From: Fimbriosthenelais zetlandica
Lineage: Eukaryota
DNA length: 64,000 bases
Direction: 5' to 3'
Assembly (NCBI GenBank): GCA_977030845.1
Contig: OZ365114.1
Location: 12,586,001-12,650,000, forward strand
Below, one piece after another: positions 52,901-64,000 of this stretch (positions within the stretch are counted from its first letter, which is position 1; each line of letters starts with the position of its first letter). Below the pieces are notes generated by a model. The model was not told where the DNA came from, did not search any database, and saw only the letters and a program-made list of their open reading frames with translations. The position numbers and the translations under genes were made by a program.

Positions 52901-54938
52901 ATGAGACCGTTTAAAAGTTGAGCCATTCAAGAAAATGAAAAGAAAAACTTACCATGGGTATTCCTTCTGGAGTGCAGACCTGTGGTAATTTATCTGTAAT
53001 CTTGCCTTTCCTATGGCTCCCGGGCTTCCTTTTATTAGGCTGAGGCGTCGAGGTCGAACAAGGGAGCGACAAGTCCAAGGCATCACTTTCCAGATCCAAT
53101 ATACTACCTTTAGTTTCAAGGCCTATGGACGGTTCACTTTGCCCCTGTTCAGGCTCAGTTACCCCTTTGAGCCCTGGGGGTCTGAGAGTGAGCTTTTGAC
53201 TTCCTATGTATTTTTGAGGTAGGATTTGGATGACTGACTCACTCATCTGGGACAGGGAAGTATCGGTCTCTCCCTGTAATAGTTCTGATTGATCTATCTG
53301 AACCTCATCAGTCTCTAGCCTCATACTTTCACTTTCTGTTTCAATCACCCTCTGAGGCATCCTACCCTTTCTCTTTCTCTTGGGCGGTCTCCCTCTTTTC
53401 TTTTTCCTAGGGAGTTCCCCATCCCCTGGGGAGGTTTCCCTCGAGCCCCCGACTTCCCCCTGACCCCTGTCTCCACCCTCCATGGAATGTGCACCTTCAG
53501 AAACATTGCTCTGTATATCAGCCCCGTCCTCTTCTGTGTACCTTCTCTTCGGGGGTCGCCCTCTCTTCCTCTTCCCTGTGGTCACCGCTCCCTCAGGAGT
53601 CGGGCTGATGCTAGGTCCACTCTGTACACTGACTGGGGTGGTGGACCTCGACCTCCTACCCCTCTCTGAACCTTCCACGCTCACTGGGGTCCGGGACCTA
53701 GCTCGCCCCTTCTTTGCCTTCGTCTCTGTTGGCATGTCCGTATCAGGAAGGCTAACTGGTGTGCTAGCCCTCGACCCACGACCAGTCCCTCTAGTGACCG
53801 ACCCATCCCGACTAACTGGAGTGCTTGACCGAGACCTACGTGCCCTCTCTGACCCTCCCTCAGTAACAGACCCATCTATAGGTTTTATTTCAGATTTCCC
53901 AGACCCCGTCTCGGCCACTGCACCCTCAGTCACCCTCTTCTTCTGTGGACGCCCTCCACCTTTCTTCTTTGACGCAACCTCAGCTTTTCTCTTCGTTCCC
54001 CCTTCCCCCTTGGATGCTCTTCCCTGAGCCCGTGAGGCTCGCCTAGAGAGCCCTCCTTCTTCCCTCTCTTCCCCGAACATGTCCACCAATGAGGATATGG
54101 CATCTTCCACGACACTTTTCGTCTCTGTGCCCACTTCAGGCGTGCTTAAGGAAGCCAGCAGTTTGTGGGTCGTTTCTATGGAGGTTTCCTCCTTGTAGCC
54201 ATCAGGTAGGTCTACTTGGTCCGCCCTGGCAGATCCACCTTGGGCTAATGGGGAACCCACAGCGGTCTTCACATGTCTTCTTGTCCGTCTTGGGGACTTA
54301 CTATTAATGAAAAAATGAGGTAAGTCTCAATTTTGAGTGAGCTCTGATATATGGCAAATATTATGAAACTAAGACACTAGTTAGGGACAAGTTGGCAGCA
54401 ACCCAATTCTCCGCTTTTATTCATTTTTCAAATTCCCTGATTTTTCGGTAACTATTTTTTATAGAAAAAGGGTAAACTATTTCTCTGACTCCTTGATTTT
54501 CCAGCATGGCTTAAAGCCGCGCTATGGGGAGACTCCCTGTACAAGGAAATGATCAGTGATAGAGTCCCTTTAAAACTTTAAGACAAAAGCCCACTTACTC
54601 CTGTCCCTGGTTTGCTGTAGCAGCGATGACTCGCACCATGGTACCAGACGTTTTTGTGACATAGCCGCGCCCACTAGATCGCTGATGCACTTTGTATACA
54701 GTCCTCGGAGTGTATTTTTTATCCCGCAATGGAGTAAAATCATTTTCTTTAATGTACTCAACGGTGATCTGCATGAATGTAGGAAGAATATTATGTGGTT
54801 ATTTGAGGAAAATTTTGCGAAATAATTATTTTTTTTACACATCAAAATGAATGAAATCGTACTATTTAAAAAAAAATGACTTACCTCTGTGGGTCTCGAG
54901 GAATCAGATCCCTCTGTAGACGCTTGTTTGTCTGCCAT
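46993..54938 (-). CDS. GTF3C2: General transcription factor IIIC subunit 2 (TFIIIC110)-like WD40 protein with long AT-hook/zinc-finger N-terminus, ~1440 aa
   Basis: Coding exons 5' to 3': 54885-54938, 54599-54768, 52953-54300, 52693-52799, 52285-52458, 52071-52179, 51857-51967, 51464-51619, 51239-51359, 50908-51112, 50634-50761, 50320-50509, 49646-49813, 49367-49470, 48987-49236, 48686-48814, 48425-48512, 48076-48204, 47629-47937, 47418-47510, 46993-47172; GT-AG, continuous frame, 4323 nt. TFIIIC110-type motifs: YAGGPVRSMAWLP..QYLAI..IQLWAFG, GPVWDMKWCP..LGFLAVATSSGKIKIY, VEWNPNLGSHLWQAVGGESGLVRL. Confidence 0.88.
49852..50216. repeat. 39-bp intronic VNTR in GTF3C2, ~9.4 units
   Basis: Unit TTCACTGAAACGACCAAACTAAAACTTCAAGGGGTAGGC, with variants clustered by position. 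Confidence 0.95.
54515..54569. mobile_element. Internally deleted Kolobok-like remnant in a GTF3C2 intron
   Basis: TTAA|AGCCGCGCTAT ... ATCAGTGATAGAGTCCCT|TTAA; left end degenerate. Confidence 0.45.
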
Positions 54939-56059
54939 GCTTTTTTTCCCTATTAGATGGGTCTTCTATACTTCAGTCTTCATGAATGAGCCTATAGCAT
55001 TCTTATCCAATCTGAAATGAATAATAGGCAGGTCTACTGGTAAGCTAGGGGGTAGGCCTAGATGGTATTTAATAAATTTAATCAATTTAATCAGTTTTCA
55101 AATTTATAAATAAAACTATTTAAAAAAAAAAATAGGGCCTACGGTACCAGGTAATTCACAAATTATTTAGTAGTTTATATATCCCTATTTTAGCCTAGCC
55201 TAGTACCTAGATCAAGATTTAAAATTGATGAAAATATTACAAATTTAGGTCAAAAATATTTTTATAAAATAAATCTGTTTAAATATTAATTGTTGTCATA
55301 TGACTCAAACATTTATATAACAGGTATTCAATGTGAAAAAGTATTTCGTGCAACATAATATTATTCCAATGTGCAAAAATTATAAAGGTGACATGACCGG
55401 GATTCGAACTCACGACTCACAAAGCACAGATAGTAGGCCGCCGCATGCATCGATTCCCAGAGAAGACACGGGATGTCAACGACAACGTGGGTTCGAACCC
55501 CCCGGGGATGGCAAATTTCAATGCAGAATTTTGAGGAAGGCTAAACATTTAGGGCTTGTGCCCGTCCTTTCTTTATACACAGTTGCTTAAAATGGGTGAC
55601 TCTACGACTGTCAAGTGACAAGTCAAGACCTAAATTATCGATAAATAGATTCTTGTCGTATACATACAACTACAAGATTTAAAAAAGCACCTACTTTTTC
55701 CGTAAATCTTCAATGTACGACCATATATAGTAGCACGGGGGATGAAATGTAATTCTCGCATTGATATTAGTAAATTCCAGTCAACGTGGGGAACGCACAG
55801 AAGTGGAATTCCATTCTGTCAACAGGCAAAAACAACCGTCATGTACCAATGGCGGTTCGATCCGACGACCCTCCGCTTACCCCAAGTCTCGGACACACCG
55901 TGAACTATTTTACCTAATTATCTTTTATGTATCATGAAAAGGTTAATTATTGCTATATTAATAATGATAACATGTATTTATTATGATATGCAATACCTAA
56001 TTGGACTGTAAACGTATATTTCAGTTGGAATTTAAGTTTTGTATTGGTTAGTCTCGCTT

Positions 56060-56370
56060 CAGAATCACGTGACCAAAACAAGATGGCGGCGCCCATGTAG
56101 CGGGAAACAAAGCATAAATTTGTGAAAGAACCGGTGTATTTGTAAATATTCGTGAGTATTCCCATCTTTGAGTTGCAATTACCGTTTCTTACCAGTAGTG
56201 ACAATGACCAAGGAATAGACTGGACCGATTTTGTTAGCAAATACGTGGTAAATCCTTCGTAAATTACGTTTAGATCGGCTACTCACCGACACCGTCTCGG
56301 TGCCGGCTTCGGGTGACGGGGAGTCCGGGGCCTCGTCCCCGTCTCCTGCCCGGTCTGTTAGATCTATCTT
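56060..56370. promoter_or_regulatory. Shared head-to-head promoter region of GTF3C2 and MED30 with candidate non-coding first exons
   Basis: E-box TCACGTGA (~56065), YY1-type AAGATGGCGGC (~56080), + donor GTGAGT at 56152, - donor GTGAGT at 56286-56281 ending a GC-rich stretch. Confidence 0.55.
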
Positions 56371-56619
56371 TTAATCGAAAGTTTATTCTCTTCTGCTACA
56401 ACTATAAACTGTTGAAGTTAGCTGCTAGGCCTACAACTTAATAAGTGAGCTCAGGTCTAATTTTCAATATATAGAATGTCACATTCTCTAACAATTTGTG
56501 TTACCTTACACAATAAATTCATAATCAATATTGAATATCTCCTTGAGACAGTTGAGTGAACATACCTTTTAAAATCCACTTATCTACTTCAACACTTTAT
56601 CAAATCCAGAGTGAAGATT

Positions 56620-57783
56620 ATGGCAGCTCCTAATCCGTCGTCTGGGATTCCCCAGCCCAGGATGTACCCTCCTCCAGTCGCCTCTCAACCCCCAGCAGCT
56701 CCACAACAACAGCAACAAGCCCCACAACAACAGCCCCCTCCGCAACAGCCACAGCAGCCAACACACATGTCCTCCCCGACTAAAGATGTCAACACTATCG
56801 CCTTCTGTCGGATAGGTCAGGAGTTCGTGCAGGACATTGTGCAAAAGACTGCGGAGATTTTTGGCATTCTTAAAAGTATTCAGGTAATTATTAGGCTACT
56901 AAATTTATTGAACACCTGATGAAAAAAGAATTTTACAGACCCGAGCTCTTGAAATTCTACTGAGGTTTTACTATATATTTTAGTATGTCTTTAAGTTTTT
57001 ATTGATTTATTTTGTATTTTATTTTTCAGTTGCCGAATGAGGTCAACCAAGGACTACCGGCTTATCAAGAACGAAAGAACAAATTGGATGAGAACATTCG
57101 CAACGTGACTCTGACCTTCAAAAAACTGAGGATTGTGTATGACAAAGTTAACGAACAAACTACACCACTCCACCATAAACCTGTTGAGGTGAGGATATAT
57201 ATCAGGAATTTTTTTTAAAAATAACCTTATTCACATCTATCTATCATTTCATCCCTCCAACTTGCCTTGCCAACTATCACTGTACTGCCTTTATGTTAAA
57301 TTAAAAAAAATTATGCCCAAATTTTACAATTTTAAAAATTAATAAATAAAACTAATTCTTTTTTCAGGATATGCTTCCCATTGAGGAAAATGGAGAAATA
57401 CACGGAGACCGGCCCAAGCAAACAGAGGCCCTGAAATACGTGAGTGAAGAACACAGGGAAGTGGTGGAGGTAAGGGAAATACTAATTTGAAATTATTCCC
57501 AGTAGAGTGATCTCTATTGATCTACTAAGTCTTGATATTTTTTAATAATTAATTTAAAAGCGATACAGAATAAAATTAATCCATACAAATGAAATATCAA
57601 GCATCGAGAGGTTAAACAGGTTCATATGGCTATATTAAATTTCCCCTATAAAAATAGTCACATTATCATAATTATTTCTTGCAGCAACTGGAGTTACGTA
57701 ACCGACAGTTAAAAGAAATTATAGATCAACTACGTACTATCATCTGGGAAATTAACACTATGATGGCCATGCGAAGAACGTAG
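56620..57783 (+). CDS. MED30: Mediator complex subunit 30, 207 aa, with P/Q-rich N-terminus
   Basis: Exons 56620-56883, 57030-57188, 57368-57469, 57685-57783 (all phase 0, GT-AG). DVNTIAFCRIGQEFVQDIVQKT..QLPN and NRQLKEIIDQLRTIIWEINTMMAMR match MED30 hallmarks; AATAAA ~160 nt after the stop. Confidence 0.95.
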
Positions 57784-58146
57784 CAGAATAATTTCTTTCT
57801 CCTGCTTACTTGTTTTTTTCTCGTACGTGTTCTGTGCTTAAATGTTATACGTTAAATGTTAAATGTTATTATACCTATAATACTTACTGTAAATGTATAA
57901 TCTGGTATATGGTATATTTATAAAGTAGTAGTATCATACCCCCAAATAAACTATATACATATATCCTCGAAGTAGTCTACTATCTTTGTAAATGAGTTAT
58001 TACATAAAATTAAATTAATGCAAACTTGAAAATTAGCATGGGATCCCATTTCCCGTAAAAGACCACAGGGAACCATGACGAATTTAAAAAAAAATATTTT
58101 CACCTTCAGATCTTATTGGGAAACAATGAAAAAATAGTGTTTGTTG

Positions 58147-58208
58147 GAGTATGCCCATCATCGTGTGTGTGCCCATCACCCTGGGTATGCCCATTACCGT
58201 GAGTATGC
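58147..58208. repeat. 18-bp minisatellite, ~3.4 units
   Basis: GAGTATGCCCATCATCGT / GTGTGTGCCCATCACCCT / GGGTATGCCCATTACCGT / GAGTATGC. Confidence 0.75.
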
Positions 58209-59451
58209 AACCAAACATATTTGAGTTGATCTAATAATCTGTCTGATATAATAATCTCTATTATTTAGATCCATTGCTATGATTTTTACTAAATGTTATT
58301 GGCCAATATAATCATGAGTGATATGGAAATTGATATTTTCCTTTTTGATGAAAGAGGGCAATTTATAGTAGAACCATTTCAAACGTTTATTTAACTGTTG
58401 ATTATATAGATCAAACACTTTAACCTCAACTTTTTACTCATCTACATATTCCTTTTAACCCTATTGGTTTCATCTTGATGGTTTCGGTTTTGGTGGTTCA
58501 GTATTAATTGTTCGGTTAATTGGTTCTCGCCATGAAGATAGCCTTAGCAGCTGGCATGGCGTTAAATCACCATTTATTAATTCGTTCATTAACAACATTA
58601 ATTTTATTCATCAAATATAGAAATAACATTCAGTGAGAACATAAATTCACAATTTTCCTAATTAGTGAAATCTGAGTCAATTAATATGTAATGTTATGTA
58701 ACCTGTTGCATAGATTTTACGGGATATTCTCCTTGGGAGAAATTATCAAATAGAGAAATCAGAAATGCTCAGTTTCATGCCAAGCTCCATGATACAACAA
58801 AATGTGTGCACGTTCATATGACCTTTCAAGAATTCTTGATTACGTTACAATAAAATAAAGTGTTCTGATCATATAAAGTGAGGTATATATATTATAATTA
58901 TTACTAAATTAGTTTCCTATATGTTGATTGTGCGTCAGTAGCTGCTGCTGCTGTCTCGGCCTATAAGTATAATTATACCTTGCAAAACAATAGTTTTGCG
59001 GAATTCTTTATTTCTATTGATTGTGCTCGTCCTGAAAATTGTGCAGGGTTAGATTGTTCAGTAATTTTAGTATCGGGAATGACGTTAGTCCTGTTGTTCC
59101 ATTATTTGGCCAAAGATGACCAGGGTGTCATGCTCAAACTCAGGGGATGAAATAACACTACCATTCAACAACTCTGTAAATAAATGATACATTTGGTTAC
59201 TATTTGAGATTATAGCTTGATGACCCGGTGGGACAGGGGGCGCCTTATCTTGTGCGTTCCCATTGTTTGGCAGTTCTAATCCTGTGCTAGAAACACATCA
59301 GATATTCATTCATACTACACTTGTTAGCATTTCTACTGATGCTCAGATAAAATTCATTTTGTTGAGAGTGGCAGATCAAAACATTCCCAGAAGAAGGTGT
59401 TCGATTTTGAGACAATTTGAGTTAGAATGGAAAGATTATGTTTGGGGAATA

Positions 59452-62443
59452 TCATGTAGTTGTTGAGCTGAAGTTACTGATGTTGCCCATGCTGAGTCGG
59501 AGCTTGTTTTTCACCTTAGCATTAATGACGGGATCGCTTCCACCCATTTCCGGTTCCGGTAGGTCCAGGATGGTTTTAGTCTTCTCCAGATCCTCGTCTT
59601 CACTGTCTGTTGTTAGCTTCTCTATGCCCATGTCTGGTAGTGGGGGCTCGCTGTGAAAACCAAAAGAATACACTTTACTTTAACTGAATATTTGGATTTT
59701 AAATGAATAGATTCAAGAGTTAAAGGGGCAGTATCACTGACCACCCATGCGAGTTAAGCCCTCCCATATGATGTCAGTTAAATTGATTTTGATTCATGGT
59801 GTTTGACCCAGATTCTAGGTTGAGAAAAGTAATTGGCTGGGAAAATTATTGTTAGAAATATTGATAAAAACAAGTATCTGGTGACAGATGTTGGACGGAA
59901 CTTACCCATTCACTACCTGGTCTTCTTTAGTTTTCTCAGGGAATTCGAGAGGGGGATCTGGATTGATATCTGAAAAAGAAAATGGCGAGATAATGGCTGA
60001 CATTACCTTGAAATGTATACCTGATATACACATGATTGTATATATATTGACCTAAAAAGTCATTTAACAGCCAATAACTAATATATAAAGCCCTGAAGGT
60101 CCTTCCATTGAAATGAAATTCGTCTTCATTGACTTTATCTATGCAATGATTCATTTCTTATATTAGTATCATGCAGCTAAAGTACAATAAGAAAATGAGA
60201 AAAAATATTATAAGCATTTTACACGCAACTGAATCTGATATTAACAAAATACTACCATCATCATCCAGGATGACGCTCCAGCGTTCCTTCCTTCTTTTCC
60301 GAGTGAATGAAGCCCGTAACTTGGCTTCAGTCGAATCAAACTTCCCATCCCAGTCTGTGTCTAATGTTTTTAAGTAGCGTTGGATCTCCAGCCTCCAGAT
60401 CATTCTACAAGTGATTGATTTAAAATGACCTCTCTGTAGGGAATACAACTGAGGCAGAAGTAGGAACATGAAGACCACAGCTCCCTTAACAAGTCCCTCA
60501 CTTGAACGGTCCCCCGTCATGGACGACCGATAAAGGGTAATGGATGTCATTATGACTGCTAGATAAACTAGAAAGAGAAATAACTTAACTGTGAATGTCC
60601 ACACAGCCTTTCTGTTACTAATTAGGTGTCTACAGATTTTAAAATAATGCTCTACCAACAAAGTGGGTCTTTTCTCCTGCTGGAAAGTCACCAACAATGT
60701 GTTGAGAAGTCTTGGCGGTAACTTTTGGATGCGGTTGACGGTTTTGTCAACTTCCACATCCTCTGTGTCTCCTTCTTCCTCGGAGATTGATTTGAAAGCT
60801 CGGAGAGATTTGTTTTTGAAAACATTCCACACCGTGTATGCTTGGATTGTCTCTTCAGTGTCCAAAATTTCTGCTTGGAGGATTTCTTTGATATCGATGT
60901 AAGGCTGGGAGAACTGTTGGAAGTTGCCATAGACATGGAACAATGTCATGGCGATGGCAACGACCCAAGGTGTCAGAATATGTATATAAACAATGACAGC
61001 TAAACAGACATGAGCCACCGCCTGAACAAGAGGGTAAATCACCCCAGACACAACGGCTATACCCACACAGAAATCCGCCAGCTGAAAACCAACGGCCAAG
61101 ACCAGGCCAATCACAGAACGCCTCTTCTCGTTCTTCCCTTTTTTGTCCACGTCTGCCAAATATCTCTGAAAATCTTTCGGGGGCCCACGATGAAAACCAA
61201 TTACGAAAATAAGAACGAGGAAGAATTCTATGGCGAGTGCTATGTAGATGCCAATGAGGATGAAAAGCCCGAAGGTCTTGGTCCAGTAACCTTTTGTACG
61301 CCACCAGGCCAGTGGTACTGAACGAAGGTTGAGGGAAATTTCCTCTCCGTCCTTTAAGAGGTCCAACGTTTGCGAGTCTGCTGAGTATATGAGTGGAATG
61401 AGGATGACTGAGACTAGAGTGAAAATTAAGAGGAAAAACACGTATCTGCAGATGATCACGAACCTCCCTGTGTGGAAGGTAGCACCCAGGATCCGACCGA
61501 TCTCAGCCAGGGCTATCTTACCATCAGTCCGGAGTAGGTCCTCATCACTCACATGTACCCATCTCTTGGCATCTGAAGGCCCAACATCCAGAATGTAAGT
61601 TCTGTAGTTTGAAGGGCTATGTCCGAAGTAAAGACCAAGCCAATCCCAAGTTTTGCCTTTCCAGGCGTACAAAATGACTTGCACCCTCTTGGTTGTGTAC
61701 AGTTTGATGTATAGGCCCATGGAGAGCAGAATAACGAAGGCTAACATGGCTTTTTGATGGTGTTCGTTGACCCGTTTTATGATCACACCCTCAGAACATT
61801 TGTCCCTTCTCCGATCATCCGATGCGATGCACCTCCAACCTACGGCAGTGAGTCCTTTCCTGGCCTCCCATATGAATGATGGATAGGCGTAAACGCTCCT
61901 GCACAAAAAGTCATGCCCGGGTTCTCCACCAATGTAGTTGACCATCTCCATACCAGGTGGCCAAATGATTTCAGCGAGAATAGAACGCACAAGAGCATCT
62001 CGCTCTACCCCGGTAGCATAACTGAAACAACCCCCCGGGTCTGACATCTGCACATCAAGGTAATATTCCTGTAATGTAAGCAACCCCAGTGACACAAATT
62101 TATAGTCCATGGGTAGGTCCAGGATGTAGCTTCCATAGCGCGAAACCCAGATCCATGACTTTGGATCGAAGGCATGTTCCTGACCATTGGCCTGCATTTG
62201 GGCAGATGACACCTCAGGATTTACCAGGAGATTGAATTTTATGACGTATGCCTCCTTGACATTCTTGAAGTTGTAGAATTTTTCTTTTAGAAATGCTAAA
62301 TTGGTCACGTTTATATCAGTGCAGTAAGAAGTGGTGTTCTGCATACATGGTGTTACAATTGGCCTTGGTGTACTTGCTTGAAAGGAACTTGCAGTAGTAC
62401 ACAGGACTAGAAGAGTCCTGAAGGCCAATGTTAGTGGATCCAT
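59452..62443 (-). CDS. Uncharacterised multi-pass membrane protein, ~816 aa (signal peptide, Cys-containing ectodomain, ~7 TM segments, acidic tail)
   Basis: Exons 60256-62443, 59906-59969, 59452-59650 join in frame (phase 1, then 2) via GT-AG. A pyrimidine-rich acceptor at 62459-62460 just upstream of the ATG implies a further 5' UTR exon. Hydrophobic N-terminus and seven or eight hydrophobic stretches. Confidence 0.85.
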
Positions 62444-63219
62444 TGTTGGATGTTTTGTCTGAAAAAAAGAAGAAAAAATTCAGTTTAGCCTAGTGTCCCG
62501 AAAGTATTCTTCACAAGGCACAGCATAATTAATACTTCTGAGCACATTATAATTCTTGAATGTATATGAATGTATATTTTATCACAGGATTTTTAAGTTT
62601 ATTACATTTATTTGTTTCATATCCAAAATTCCTTTAATTTATTTATATAATAACATCCACCTGCACGATCGCCTCTTGTTTTCACACCCAAAATAACTTA
62701 TACTGAGTCTATGTACATTTACCATTCATATTAATGTGTCGCTTAGTATTGACTGAACATTAAGAAGTACTTTATTTACTCAAGTTCTCTATAGAGTGTG
62801 AGTGTGTGGGATGGGTCACTGTGCTCATAATACAATTTTTGTCTAGGATTTCTAGACAATTTCATGTCTGTGAGATGAATGAAACTTGTATTGTCCCCTG
62901 GTGTTAATACCCAAGATGATCTGGCTGGAAAGGTCCTAATTTGAGATAGAAGAGACAATTCATTATTTAAACGAATGTAGGGCTAAAGTATTACATTTTG
63001 AATTGACGTCGCGGAGTTTCAGTGCTAGTCTGATACATTGCCTAATCCTGAATAATATGCCTCTCTCTGTTGGAATGTTTGTGCTTCTATTTACCTCCTA
63101 ATCTGGGATAATCTTTCTCCCTATACTTTCTCTCTGGGTACGATGATGCAAGAGTTTTCTGAATGTGCTTAAGTTGGAACCCAAAGGGAGGGTAAATATA
63201 ATGTCCGTGATAAGTGGGG

Positions 63220-63385
63220 AAGGCGATGGAAAGGTGGATGGATGGTTGAGCGATGGATAAATTTATGAATGAATTGATACTTGACGGATGGATTGATGAA
63301 TGGATAGATTGATGGAGCTTGGAAGGTGGAACCCAATGCTTCTTTATGCATGGGTTTGTGGACAGATGGATGGATGGGTAGTAGG
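63220..63385. repeat. Degenerate (GGAT)n microsatellite
   Basis: Seen directly. Confidence 0.8.
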
Positions 63386-64000
63386 AGCTTTCAATGGGAA
63401 AAGGGACATTTGGCATAAAGTGAACATAATATAGAACCAACAGTTGGATGCTGCCAGACAGGCTAAATAAAGGTCCTGGGTGTAAGGGTGGTGGTAAATT
63501 TACCTATCCCCTACGCCCACATATAAAACATAGCAAGGTTAGGAAAAGAGGATGAGGGGTGAGCAAAGGAAAAGGACAAAGTAATTAGATACATGGAACA
63601 CTGCAGTATACATCTAAAACCTCTTATTTCTGCCAAAATGTTTAACTAGCCAAGACCAATCTAAGCAATCAAAATAAAGTGCAGACACTTCAGAATTAGG
63701 CCTACCCCATGTGAAAATACGAAATCCTTAGAACTGTTGTCACGCAAAGAACAGCTTGCCTTGAGACTCTGGGAGAAAGTATGATTCCCAACCTATTAGC
63801 GAAGACAGTCTGAGGGTCTATAATTATGTACAATGTGTATCTATACTGGTACATGTGTATATTAAGTAGGTAATGTTACGCACAGACTACCCTCACATGT
63901 ACAGTAGACCTGTATTGAGGGGGACATTAAAGGACTTGTCATCCACGCTAAATCTAGGTGAAGTAGAAGTAATTAAAAGCCCACCACTCAAGTTGGATCT

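Noticed and set aside
53482-54027. 181-aa plus-strand ORF
   Set aside because: Antisense shadow of the large GTF3C2 exon; no independent start or splice context.
55840-55910. tRNA gene
   Set aside because: A/B-box-like motifs only; no acceptor or anticodon stems could be folded, so treated as SINE-like.
60158-60255. C-terminus of the 761-aa ORF (GSILLISDSVACKMLIIFF...)
   Set aside because: Intron read-through; the donor at 60255 joins in frame to exons 59906-59969 and 59452-59650.

Overview
Eukaryotic (metazoan, probably invertebrate bilaterian; inference) genomic DNA with GT-AG introns, many microsatellites and poly-G/C runs. The right 24 kb is a compact four-gene cluster whose exon chains I spliced by hand in continuous frame: EFHC1 (+, 11 exons, 643 aa), a GTF3C2/TFIIIC110-like gene (-, 21 coding exons, ~1440 aa) with an unusually long AT-hook and zinc-finger N-terminus resembling ZNF512, MED30 (+, 4 exons) and an unrecognised ~816-aa signal-peptide, ~7-TM protein (-, 3 exons). 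The left 40 kb has no confidently callable host exon. It holds a 4.14-kb non-autonomous LTR element with apparently identical 557-bp LTRs, a TTAA-flanked Kolobok-like MITE family, several structured minisatellites (two apparently derived from transposon ends), and enhancer/promoter-like motif islands (X-box, CRE, CCAAT, CTCF). A candidate minus-strand first exon divergent from EFHC1 suggests this region may be intron of a large gene continuing left. Homology calls are from memory of the protein families, not from database searches.
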